From the human T2T-CHM13v2.0 reference genome, Homo sapiens, in the NCBI RefSeq assembly GCF_009914755.1, contig NC_060947.1: a stretch of DNA of 64,000 bases; one strand, given 5' to 3'. Positions 27,443 through 40,449 of this stretch are shown here, piece after piece; the stretch's first letter is position 1; each line of letters begins with the position of its first letter. The notes below the pieces were generated by a model. It was not told the origin of the DNA. It saw only the letters and a list, made by a program, of their open reading frames with translations, and did no database searches. The translations under genes were made by a program, and so were the position numbers.

Positions 27443-29484
27443 CTATTCTGTCTTTTGATTTATTTAGGGCTCCTGGGGCACTTGTTTTCAAAGGGCAATT
27501 GAATTGCATGAGGCAGCCTTGCAAGGAATAACTGAAGTCTCTTTCAAATTATTCAACATTCGTAAGCAATTTAATTGCTTAAGGGCAATCTCTGATAAAG
27601 ATGACCCCAAAAAGGATAGCAATTTTTAATTAGGAGTTAAAAAAGTAACATTCTGGAGAATTGTGGAAAAAAAACTGAAGGATTTAGAGAATGAGACTTG
27701 TTTAGAGAGAGAAAAGGGACAGAATGAATATGTAATTACTAAAAAGCACCCCTCTCTCCTTTTCTAATGATAAAAAAGAGCAATATCATCAAAATCTAAT
27801 CTCAGGGAAAGCAGTAACAAGAGGACATGACCTATCATCTCACTATACCAATTACTATCTCTTGCCCCTTTGTTTTTACTTTACCACGAATTACTTCATT
27901 ACTTTGAAAGGATTTTTTAAAAATCTGGAGTCATTATGTAAGTATTTTCAATTGTGGTCTGAAAAACTGATATTAGAATTCCCTTTTAAAATCTTTAACC
28001 TCTTGGAAACAAAGGAAATTCCAATAAACTGACACTGCTTGCACCATTTATTTAGTGCTCTTTCCCTTATAAACATCTCAAAAGGCAGCACTCAGAAATA
28101 CAGCTGCCCTCGTCTGCAGTGACTTTCCCACAGTTCCAATAAATGTCATTGATGCTTTCATTCAGAAAACATTACCCCCACACACACACTCCCTTGGATT
28201 TTTTGATATTTCCTTGCTGATAATAATGACACATATGCTTCACTTGGAAAAGTAGATGTGTTGGTTCCTCAAAAGCTTTTCAAAAATCAATAGTGTGCAA
28301 ACTGATGCATGAGGTCATAGAGAAATTCTGTTACTTTGAAATTTCAAAGTGTTTTCATCCATGTATCTGATGGATCTTCAATTGTCAAAAGGCTCTTCAA
28401 TGGCCCCCTTGTAGCCATGTGTAGTAAAGGGCCCGTAAATAGTCATGAGGTTGAGGATAACAGAGAATTTAAGGAGGTCTTTTATTAAGCCAATCTTTGA
28501 GGGTTTTTTTGCTCGGATTTTACTATATCATTTTAGGTTTTGGTAACACTTCCCCGTATTTAGTTTGAACAAAATTCAATAATGTCAGCCCACTAAATAT
28601 TCCAAAATCATCAGGGAAACAGTCTCAATAGAGAAGGGCTTTCTGAGTTATTCCTCCCCCTCTTCTACTATTCACTTTTCAGCTACTTTTCTAAAAGCGT
28701 CATTGAAATCACATATCCTTTTGGTCAGTGCTAGAAGAAGAGGGCTTTCTGACTGTGAAACCAGCTCCTTCTTAGCAACAGATGACACACACGCACCCGG
28801 AATAGCTACAAGCTCTATGCTCTCTGTGTGTCTCTTGTATGATCAGTGACAATTTGCTTAGTTTCCCCTCACCTGCTTCCTAGCTGGTAATTACCCAGAG
28901 ACAGAATCTTTGTGTAACCCTGACTTACAGCATTAGAATAGGATGTAATTGTACCAAGTGTAATTGGCTTCAGTGGCAGAGCCCCATTAACCTGGCACAG
29001 CCATTCTTAAAGCAGCCTGTGATCTAGCTCATTACATTTTATCTTCAGTAATAAGGAAAGTTACGACCTTTGCTGTTCCTGTCTTAATGTATTTACGTGG
29101 ACATGTCACCCAGGATGTCAAAACATACAGTGTCATCAAAATGCAGAGGCAGGCCAGCCATCTATACTCAGAGTGGCTAAAAATTGAGTTCCAAATGTGA
29201 TGCAAATAAAAGACATAACCCATCCATAAAGAGCGTCCTGAGAGGTCCAGCACAGGAAAAGCCTTCTGCTGGGAGAGTTACCCTCACCCCCAGGGACTCT
29301 CCCTCTCCAACAACACAATTGGTCAATTTCTGACTGCTGAGCTCTGTGCCCTGGCAGAGGGGCATGGGAAGATTCCCCAATACCTATGCGTTCCCACAGT
29401 ATAAGAAATAGCTGGAAGAACAAATCCAGTTAGTTCATCTCTTTTCTCAATACAGCCTGGTATGTTCCTTGAACAGTTAGTTGT

Positions 29485-29640
29485 CTGAGAGGCAGTGTGG
29501 AAGGAGACCTAGACTGGGTCCTAACCTCAGGTTGGGGCAGAAGCTGCCAGGTAAACATGAGCAAAGTACTTATGCACTCTGGGCTCAGGTCGCCCATCTG
29601 TAAAGTAAGAATATTGGCTTAAGTGGTATCTAAGATTATT
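29485..29640 (+). mobile_element. MIR fragment
   Basis: 'ctctgggctcaggtcgcccatctgtaaagt'. Confidence 0.5.
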
Positions 29641-29897
29641 TTGAAGTAAAAATTTCAAAACAGCCAAATATATGTCATATTTTATTTTTTAAAATATCTG
29701 AATAGAATTAAATTTTGTCACACCAATTCTCCCTTTTATTCAGAAATAAGACATAATATCTACCCATCAGACCTGTGTCTGATAAAGGCAGCCCAAAAAC
29801 AATTTGGTAATTAAAGAAAAAAAACTGTGTATTCTGAGGGCTTTAGAATGTGCTAGAAAATCAGAATGGTTTTGACCTGAACATTTGATTTTACGTT

Positions 29898-30833
29898 TGT
29901 GATGATTAGCTTTATGTGTCAATTTGGCTAATCTATATTACTCAGTTATTCAAACATTAATCTAGGTATTGCTGTGAGGTATGTAATAGATGTAGTTAAC
30001 AGCCACAGTCAGTTGACTTTAAATACAGGAGATTACCCTTGATAATATGGATGGGCCTCATACAATCAGTCGAAAGGCTTTAGGGATAAAAACTGAGGTT
30101 TCCCCAAAGGAGTAATTCTACCTGTGAATGAGACCAGCTCCTGCCCAAGAGTTTCCGGCCTGTTTGCCCCACATATCTCTGACATGCCCAGCCAGACCAT
30201 ACAATTTCATAAACTAATTATACATATGTGTGTAGTGGTATGTATAATATACACATACACACATATGCATAATACACATATGTGTATATTATACACACAC
30301 ATATATATAATTGTGTATAATTGTGTGTATGTATATGTATACGTACATACATATATATGCATATTCTACTACTATTGTGGGTTGAATTGTGACCCAAAAA
30401 GATATGTTAGATACATTAGGATCTGAACCTTCATGCTAATTAGGTCATACTGTATTAGGGTGGGTCCTAAATCCAGTGATTGGTGTCCTTATAAGAAAAG
30501 AAAATGTGAAGACACAGAAGAGTCACAAGAAAGAAAGTCATGTGAGATAGAGGAAGAGACTGGAGTTTGGCTACCACAAGTCAAGGAAAATCAATGATTG
30601 TCAGCAACCACAGGAAGCTAGAAGAACTAAGAAAAGTTTCTAGAGCCTTCAGAGGAACCATGGCCCTGCTGACACCTTGCTTTTGGACTTCCAGCCTCCA
30701 GAAATATGAGAGAATACATTTCTATTGTTTTAAGCCATCCAATTTGTGGTAACTTGTTACAACAACACTAGGAAACCAATATACCTAATTTTCCTACTGC
30801 TTCTGTTTGTTTGGTAGAGCCCTGACTAATATG
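29898..30833 (+). mobile_element. MLT2D-like solo LTR with a TA/CA microsatellite and nested MLT1; TSD ACGTT/ATGTT
   Basis: 'tgtgatgattagctttatgtgtcaatttggcta'...'ccctgactaatatg'; the two flanks differ by one CpG-type transition. Confidence 0.8.
30373..30783 (+). mobile_element. MLT1C-like LTR
   Basis: 'ttgtgggttgaattgtg' and 'ccctgctgacaccttg...ttttggacttccagcctccagaa'. Confidence 0.8.
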
Positions 30834-31000
30834 ATGTTCTTTTGATGAAAATCCATCTTTGTAATAAAATTACAGGACTCTTTTCTCAAGCTATGTCCAT
30901 AACTACTTTTTCACAAGTGGAACTACTGAGAAATGTACGCAGAAAAAAAGTCATGGTCAAATAATCGCGATAAATATTTGAAAAAAAGTAACACTGGCTT

Positions 31001-31840
31001 CTTTTTTTTTGATACAAAAGATTTTACATATTTATGGGGTACACGTGAGTATTTGTTACATGCATGGGATGTATAAAGATCAGGTCAGAATATCTGGGTT
31101 ATCCATCACCTTATGTATTTATCATTTCCATGTGTTGGTAACATTTCAGGTCTCCTCTTCTAGTTACTTTAAAATATACAATACATTGGTGCTAACCATA
31201 GTCACCTTACTCTGCCATTGAATATTCGGGCTTATTTCTTGTACCTCTCTGTAAGTTTGTACCCATTAACAGCCTCTCTTTATCCCCTCTCCAATCAACA
31301 AGCCCTTCTCAACCTGTGGTATCTATCATTGTATTCTCTACCATCATGATATCAGTTTTAATTCAGCTCTCACATCTGGATGAGAGTATGCAGCATCTGT
31401 CTTTCTGTTCCTGGCTTATTTTACTTAACATAATAACTTCCAGTTCCACTCATGTTGCTACCAATGACATGATTTCATTCTTTTTTATAGCCAAATATTA
31501 CTGATTTATGCATATATACATTTTCTTTATCGATTAATTTGTTGTTGGACACTTAGATTTATTCTGCATCTTTGTTATTATGAATAGTGTTGCAATAAAC
31601 ATGTGAGTGCAGGTATTCCTTTCATACACAAATTTATTTTCCTTTGGATAAATACCCAGTAGTGGGATTGGTGGATCATATGGTAGTTCTATTTTACATT
31701 TTTTTAAGAATATCTATACTGTTTTCCATAGTGGTTGTACCATTTTACATTTCCATCGACAGTGTATGAAAGTTTCCTTTTCTCCACATCCTCACCAGCA
31801 TCTGTTATTTTTTGTCTTTTTAACAATGTCCATTCTGTCT
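31001..31840 (-). mobile_element. L1MA (2-4) 3' end
   Basis: Poly-T then 'tacatatttatggggtacacgtgagtatttgttacatgcat'; 'aatacccagtagtgggattg'. Confidence 0.85.
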
Positions 31841-32207
31841 GTTGCAAGGTGAACTCTCTCATGGTTTTGGTTTACTTTTTATTGCAGGTCTGCTCAGTCT
31901 TTAGTGTGTCATGTCTCTAAAAGGGATCAATAGGGGGCAGTATTTTCCAAAATTATATATGCTTTATTCACATTACATTTACATTTACTTCAGGTTTCCA
32001 ACTTAGCCTGGCATCAATATAACATTTGTCCACTTGGGGTTGAAAAGAATGGGCTTTGCTGATAATATTATATTTTATGGCTTTCATTCAATAATATCAG
32101 CTGACAATTAAATTTGCTACTTAGCAACATAATATAAAACCATCTGTCTCAAAAGCAATATTTAGATTTATATACCATCTCTTTCTACTTAAAAAGTTGC
32201 AATAGTT

Positions 32208-35200
32208 TTTTTTTCCCAAGATGGCAGATTGGAGGCAATGTTAGCGTAACTCTCCCACTTTGCAGGACAAAATAGTGTATAGAAGTTCACACTGTGAACT
32301 TTTTTTCAAAAAGCAATGCAGAAATGTAACCAGAAAACCAAAAGGTTCCATAGATCCTTTCAAAGATGCAGGAGGCTGCAGCCTGTGCAATGAGCCAGGT
32401 GAAAAACTTTAAGTCCCCAGAGAGGGAGAGAGGGAGAGGCTGCCTCCAAGATACACACCCCCATGGGGGAACCTGAAAATCCAGGCCACAGAGAATGGCC
32501 TTAACCCTACTCAGTGCCAGAACAGATTTAGGGAATGGTGAGAAATATACAAGTAGGAGCAACTGTGTTTAGAGCTTTTCCACACATTTCCAGTTTCCAG
32601 CACAGACCAAGGGAAGTCATTCCTTATTATACCTCACAGAGTACCTCAAGGAAGTCAGCCAACTAGCTCAGGCAGTGATCACACATTGAAAGAAGCTCCC
32701 AGCTGAATTTTGCAACATAACATCCAGTGGTGATAAACTCTCTTGGTCAAAATTGGAGGTACCAGTGTGAAGTGTGCTGCAGCCAGGAGCACAGGAACCA
32801 GGTGCCTGGCTTTTTGGGTGGACTAGGAGGAGTGTGGCCTGAAAATTACTGGGGCAGCTTTCGGTTCTGAGGGCAGGCTGCCTGGAACTTAGCTTGCTGC
32901 TGCTAGTAGAGCACTGTGGGAGCGAGGTTTGTCTAGCCGAGGGAGTGGGAACTGGCTGGGGCTTACTGCAGCCTGCTACTCCAGACTTTTTGCATGAATT
33001 ATTCTGTGCAGCACAGGCAGCAATGCTGCTCTCTGGAACATTGCCCAGTGGCCAGAGAACCTCCCTCTGGCCCCTGCAGGGAACACTGCTTGCTGCACAT
33101 GCAGAGTCACAGCGCAGACCCATGTGAGACAGCCCCTACCTGGCTTTTCCCCTCCACCTGCCCTGGTAGCATAACACAAGGGACAGAAACTTTTGGGAGC
33201 TTTATGGCTCTGCTTATTGCCTGAGAAACCAGAGTACCTCCCCTGGGCAACATAAGGCAAGCACAAATCCCACTGTTACTGCTGCAGCTGGTGCTCTTTT
33301 GCAAGTACCACCTCATGACTGGAGGCCAACAGACACTGTCCATTACAGCATCTCCTGGTAGAATAACACTGTACCCAGGAGGGAGAAAGCTGGTGCATGA
33401 CCTCAGCTATGACCATTGCCTGCACCACAGTGGCTAACCAGGAGGTCCTGAGTCTGTCCACTAATATAACCAGCTCTAATGGAGGTGGCAGGGGAATGAT
33501 GTAAACTCTGAAATACCTTGGTTATTGATAGCCTTAGTGTGTTGGCTTTCTTGAATGATGGCTATAGTAGTAATAAACTAGTCACATGGACAGACTCAAG
33601 ATCTCTGAGTTAGCCAGAGTAGTGCATGAAAGGGTGATAACAGAGATCACACTAAGGCTATCTATAAATAAGGAATCTCACAGAGTCTACATCAATCCCC
33701 GGCCACCCCTATCAGAGCTGGTGCTGGTACCTGCTGTTGGAAGACTTGAGGACAGGTCATATAACTGGATCCCTTCGTGCTGGTACCCACTGCTGGGAGA
33801 CTTGAGGGCAGGTCACATCACTGGATCTCTTGCAGACATTCCCCAACACCAGCCTGGAGTGTGGCAGTCCCACTGGGTGACTGGACCCAGAAGAGCAACA
33901 GCACTCACAGTAGTCTGGCTCTCAGGAACTTCTATTCCTAGGGGAAGGGGGAGTGTACCACCTCAAGGGAAGCTGCTGTGGGACAAAGGAATCTGGGTGG
34001 CAAGTCTTGAATACCAGGTCTTTCCACTCTTGGGAAGTTTCTGTCAACAAAGTCACAGGTGCAGTGATGGGCTCAGCAGGGAAAGTCTGCAGCTCTACCC
34101 CAACAGTAAGGCAGCCCTGGTCCTCATGAAGGGTTATGGAGAAGGGGGCTTCTTATCTTCCTCATTCACCACTGCAGGCATAGCGGGGGCTTCTCACACA
34201 GGTATGTGGTGTGGGTACACCTATAACCAGCCTCTCTGGAATACTTCAGGGTGATTGCATCCTCACAGGAAGAGCATCTTCCAGGCTCAGCTTGCACAAT
34301 AGGCAGAGTCACAAATCTTCCCTACTTGGAACATCAACATTCTTACAAATGAAAAGAGGTGCCTGTCTGACCTGAACAGCCAGAACACTGAGATAGGAGT
34401 GTGTCTGGGAAGTGGATAGCTTTCCTGCTGGCCTAGCAGGGCAGCTGAGGTAGCTCCCGCTCTTCCCACTGAGAAGACTTTGCAGCATCTCACCGAGAGC
34501 TCCCTCAGAAACCTGTTCAATGCTGAACCTCTGCCCACCATTGGGTATTACATTGACCCACCTGCTTTAGCCACAACCAGTTCATACCCAAGGACACCTT
34601 CTCTACTTCCCTGAAGCCTGAACCATCAACCCAATAAATAAAATACTGGGGAAAAGTAAATAAATAAATAAATAAGTGTGCATGATGAGGGAATGGGAGA
34701 AGCTTCAAGAGACCTCTGCCATTCTAACCCCATAGGAAAACAGTGAACTTGCTCACACACCAAGCACATTGCTACTACAACCAGCATCTGGGAAAACCAT
34801 CATTAAAGACTGTCTATAACAAAGGAATTCATACCACAGTCTTCACCCCTAAAAGCATCAAGAAACAAATTAGGCTATAATATACTATAAATATTAAAGT
34901 AACATCCTCAAGATGGAAAAAACTTTTAAGAACACAGTCAAATCAAAAATAAATTCAAGAATAATGGAAGAAATAGTCTATCCAAATGAAAAGGAATCAG
35001 TAAAGAAACTCTGGTAAGGTGACAAAATAGAGTTCAATAACACGCCCTCAAAAGATCACACTAGCTTTCCAGCAATGGATCCAAACCAAGATGAAATAAT
35101 TGGAATATCAGATAAGGAATTCAGAAGGTCAACTCTTAAGTTACTCAAGGAGATACCAGAGAAAGGTGAAAACCAACCTAAAGAAATATAAAAAAATCAG

Positions 35201-38200
35201 GATGTGAATAAAAAATTTTCTAGTGAGATAGATGTCATAAAGAGAGACCAATCAATCAGAACTTCTGGAAATAAAATACACACTTAGGGAATTACAGAAT
35301 TTAGTGGAAAGTTTGAACAATAGACTACAACAAGTAGAAGAATGAATTCAGAGCTGGAAGACCAGGATTTGGATTAACCCAATCAGACAAAAATAAAGAA
35401 GAAAACATCAAAAATGAACAGTCTACAAGAAATCTGAGATTATATAGAGCAGTGAAATATAAGAATAATTGATGTTCCTGAGGGAGAGGAGAAAGCAAAA
35501 AATATGGAAAACCTATTTGAGGGAATAATTGAAGAAAGCCTCCCTGGCCTTGTTAGGAATTTGATATCCAAATACTAGAAGCTCAAAGAACTCCTGGGAA
35601 ATTCATTTCAAAAAGATCTTCACCAAGGCATATAGTCATCAGGTTATCTAAAGTCATCATTAAGGAAATAATTATAAGGTCAGTGAGACAAAAGCATAAG
35701 GGAATCCATAAACGAAAACCTATCAGACTAACAGTAGACTTTTCAGCAGAGAACTTACAAGCCAGAAGGGATGTGGGTCCTATCTTTAACCTCCTTAAAC
35801 AGAATAACTGTCAGCAAAGAAATTTGTACCTAGCAAAACTAAGTTTCATAAATGAAGGAGAAATAAAGCCATTTTAGACAAACAAATGCTGAGGGAATCT
35901 GTCACTCCCAAACCAACATTACAAATAATGCTGAAAGCAGTTCTAAATCTTGAATCAAAAGCTCAGTACACACCAAAATAGAAACTCTCGAAACCATAAA
36001 ACTCACAGGGGCTATGAAACAGTAACACAGTGAAAAAAAACTAAGTTTCTAGGTAACAACAAGCATGATGAATGGAACAGTACCTCATATCTCAATATTA
36101 ACATTGAATGTTAATGGCCTAAATACTCCACTTAAAAGATACAGAATGGCATAATTAGCAAACAATCACAAACCAAATATCTGTTGTCTTCAAGAGGCCT
36201 AACACATAAGGATTCCTATAAACTCAAGGGAAAGGGGTGAAAAAACAGATTTCATGCAGATGAAAACCAAAAGTGAGGAGTAGCCATTCTTATATCAGAC
36301 AAAACAGACTGTAGAGCAACAACAGTAATAAAGACAAAGGTCATTAATTAAGGATAAAAAGATGTACCCAACAAGAAGATACTGTAATCCTAAATTTAAA
36401 CGCACTTAACACTGGAGCTCCCAGATTCATAAAACAATTACTACTTGGTATGGTTTGGTTCGTTGTTTCCACCAAATCTCATGTCAAATCATAATCCCCA
36501 ATTTTGGAGGTGGGGCCTTGGGGGAAGTGATTGGATCATAAGGGTGGGCCTTCATGAATGACTTAGCACCATCCCCTCAGTGTTACTCTCATCATAGTGA
36601 GTAATTGAGTTATAATGAGCTCTGGTTGTTTACAAGTGTGAAACCTCCCTTCCTCTCTCTCTTCCTTTTGCTCCAGCCATGCAAGATGTGTCTGCTTTCC
36701 CCTCGCCTTCTGCCATGATTGTAAGTTCCCTGAGGCCTCCCTAGAAGCAGATGCTGCCATTCTTCCTTTACAGCCTGTGGAACAGTGTGCCAATTAAACT
36801 TCTTTTTTTTACAAATTACCCAGTCTCAGATATTTCTTTATAGCAGTGTGAGAACTGACTAATGCACTACTAGACCTAAGAAATATTGAGATAGCAACAT
36901 AACAAGAGTGGGAGACTTCAATACACCGCTGATAGCACTAGACAGGTCATCAAAACATAAAGTCAACAAAGAAACAATGGACTTAAATACTCTAGAACAA
37001 ATGTACTTAACATATATTTATAGAACATTCTACCCAACAACAGAAGAATGTACATTTCTCTCATCAGCAAGTGGAACATTCTCCAAGATAGACCATATAA
37101 TAGGCCACAAAAAAAGTCTCACTAAATTTTAAAAAATTGAAATCTTATCAAGTATCTTTGCAGGCCACAGTGGAAAAAACTAGAAATCAACTCCAAAAAG
37201 AACCCTCAAAACTATACGAATGCATGGAGATTAAATAATCTGCTCCTGAAAGATTTTCAGGTTAACAATAGAATCAAGATGGAAATTTAAAAATTCTTTG
37301 AAATGAATGATAATAGTAACAAAAGTTAATAATACCTCTGGGATACAAGAAAAGCAGTGCTAAGATTAAAGTTTACAGTGCTAAATGACTACATCAAAAA
37401 GTCTGAAAGAGCACAAATTGACAACCTAATGTTACATGCCAAGGAACTAGAGAAACAAGAACAAATCAAACCCCAAATTAGCAGAAGAAAAGAAATAACA
37501 AAAATCAGAACAGCGCTAAATGAAATGGAAACAAAAAACACAAAAGATCAATAGAACAAAAAGCTGCTTCTTTGAAAAGATAAACAAAATATTTGATAGA
37601 CCATTTAGCTAGATTAACCAAGAAAAAGAAAGGAGATCCAAATAAGCTCAATTAGAAATGAAACTGAAGACATTTACAAGTGACATCACAGAAATATGAA
37701 AGATCACTTGAGACTATGATGAACAACTTTATGCTCACAAAGTAGAAAACCTAGAGGAAATGGATAACTTCCTGGAAACATACAATCCTAGATTAAATCA
37801 GGAAGAAATAGAAACCCTGAACAGACCAATAACAAGCAGTGAAATTGAATCAGCAATAAAAATAAATTGACAACAACAAAAGGCCCAGGGGCAGATAGAT
37901 GAATTCACAAGTGAATTTTACCAGACATTCAAAGAAGAATTGGTACCAATTCTACTGAAACTATTCCAAAAGATTGAGAAAGAGGGAATCCTCCCTAGGT
38001 CATTCGACGAAGTTGGTATCATCCTGATACTAAAACCAGGGAAGGACATAACAAAAAAAAAGAAAACTACAGACCAGTATCCCTGATAAACATCGACGCA
38101 AAAATTCTCAACAAAATACTAGCAAACCAGATCCAAAAGCATAATCAAAAAAATAATAAATCATGATCAAGTGGGTTTCATCCCAGGGATGTATGAATGG

Positions 38201-40449
38201 TTTATCATACACAAGTCAATAAACATGATACATCACATAAACAGAATTAAAAACAAAACCATATGATTGTCTCAGTAGATGCAGAAGAAAGCATTTGATA
38301 AAATCCAGCATTCTTTTATGATAAAAAAAAAAACTCAACAAATGAGGCATAGAATGAACTTACCTTGAAATAATAAAAGCCATTTATGGCAAACCCAAAA
38401 CCAACATCATACTGAATGGAAGAAAGTTGAAAGCATTTCCCCTGGCAATTGGAACAAGACAAGGAGTCCCACTTTCACCACTTACATTCAACAGAGTAGT
38501 GGAAGTCTTAGTCAGAGCAATCAGGCAAGAAAAATAAATGAAGGGCATCCAAGTTGGAAAGGGCTTTCTAGGTGTACAATCATATCATTGGTACAAACTA
38601 TCAGGGTTCACTGATGACACAATTGTACACCTAGAAAGCCCTGGAGACTCATCCAAAGTCTCCCATATTTGATAAACAAATTCAGTAAAATCTCAGGTTA
38701 CAAAATCAATAAAATACAAATACCTAGGAATACACTTAACAAAGGAGGTGAAAGATCTTGAGAAGAATTACAAAACGCTGCTGAAAGATATTGTAGAGGA
38801 CACAAGCAAACGGAAACACGTCCCATGCTCATGGATTGAAAGAATCAATATTGTGGAAGTGACTATACTGCCCAAAGCAGTCTTCAGGTTCAGTGCAATT
38901 GCTATCAAAATACCAAACATCATTTTTCACAGAATTAGGAAAAAACAGTGTAAAATTCATATGGAACCAAAAAAGATCTCAAATAGCCAAAGCAATCCTA
39001 AGCAAATGGAATAAATCTGGAGGAATTATATTGCTGGAGTTCAAATTATACTACAAGCCTATAATTACCAAAACAGTATAATGCTGGTGAAAATGGGGAC
39101 CACATGGACCAATGGAACGGAGTACAGAACCTGAAAATAAAGCCAAATACTTACAGCCAGATCTTCAAAAAAGTATACAAAAAATACACTGGGGAGGGGA
39201 CACCTGTTTTATAAATGGTGCTGGGAAAACTGGCAGGCCACATGTGAAAGAACGAAACTGGGTCCCTGTATCTCACCTTGTACAGGAGTCATATCAAGGT
39301 AGATGAAAGACTTGAAACTAAAACCTGAAAACATAAAAATTCTACAAGATAATATTGGAAAAACTCTTCTGGACATTGTCCTCCGCAAAGAATTAATGAC
39401 TAAGACCCTGGGAGCAAATGAAACAAAAACAAAAATAAATAAATGGGATCTAATTAAACTAAAATGTTTCTTCACAGCACAGGAGATAATCATCTACGTG
39501 AACAGACGACCTGCTGAGTAGGAGGAAATATTTGCGAACTATGCATCCACCAAAGACTAGTACCCATAATCCACAAGGAACTGAAACAAACCAGCAAGAA
39601 AAAAACAAATAATCCCATCAAAAGGTGGGCAGAGGACATGAATAAACATTTCTCAAAAGACAATCTACAAACGGCCAACAAACATGAAGTGATGCTTTAC
39701 ATCACTAAGCATCAGGAAAATGCAAATTAGTACCACAATGAAATACCACCTTACTCCTTCAGGAACGGCCATTATTAAAACGTCGAAAACCAATATATGT
39801 TGGCATGGGTGTGGTGAAAGGGGAATGCTTATGGCTTATGCACTGCTGTTGACTGGCATGTAGATTAGTACAGCCTCTAGAGAAAACAGTATGGAGATAG
39901 CTCAGGCAACTAAAAGTAGATCCGCCATTCAATCCATCAGTCCCACTGCTGGTTATCTACCCAAAGGAAAAGAAATCTTTATATGAGAAAGACACATACA
40001 CACATATGTTTATAGCAGCACAACTCACAGTTGCAAAGATATGGAACCAATCTAAGAGCCCATCAACCAGTGAGTAGATAAGGAAAATATAGTATATATG
40101 CACCATAGAAAACTACTCAGCCATGAAAAGGAACACAATAATGTCTTTTGCAGCAACCTGGATGGAGCTGGGGGCCATTGCTCTAAGTGAAGTAACTCAG
40201 GAATGAAAAACCTAATACAATATGTTCTCACTTGTGAGATCTGAGCTATAAGGATGCACATCAAACAAAGTGGTATAATAGATTTGGAGACTTAGAAGGG
40301 GAAGGGTGGAAGGCGGGTGAGGAATAAAAAACCACATATTGGGTACAATGTACACTACTCAGGTGATGGATGCACTAAAATCTCATATTTCACCTATAAA
40401 ATTCATTCATGTAACCAAAATCTACTTGTACGTCAAAAGCTATTGAAAT
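32208..40449 (+). mobile_element. Near full-length decayed L1PB (5' UTR, ORF1 from about 34987, ORF2 from about 36065, 3' UTR)
   Basis: 5' end 'cccaagatggcagattggaggc'; ORF1 piece 'KPIRLTVDFSAENLQARRD'; ORF2 pieces 'GDFNTPL' and 'PCSWIERINIV'; L1PB-type end 'aaaagctattgaaat'; many stops and frameshifts. Confidence 0.92.
36446..36866 (+). mobile_element. MSTB-type solo LTR inside the L1PB endonuclease region, TSD CTACT
   Basis: 'tggtatggtttgg...gactaatgca'; CTACT at 36441-36445 and 36867-36871. Confidence 0.92.

Noticed and set aside
33586-34254. Longest ORF in the track (222 aa)
   Set aside because: It starts inside the inverted block and runs through GC-richer L1PB 5' UTR; no recognisable domain, so most likely a chance ORF.
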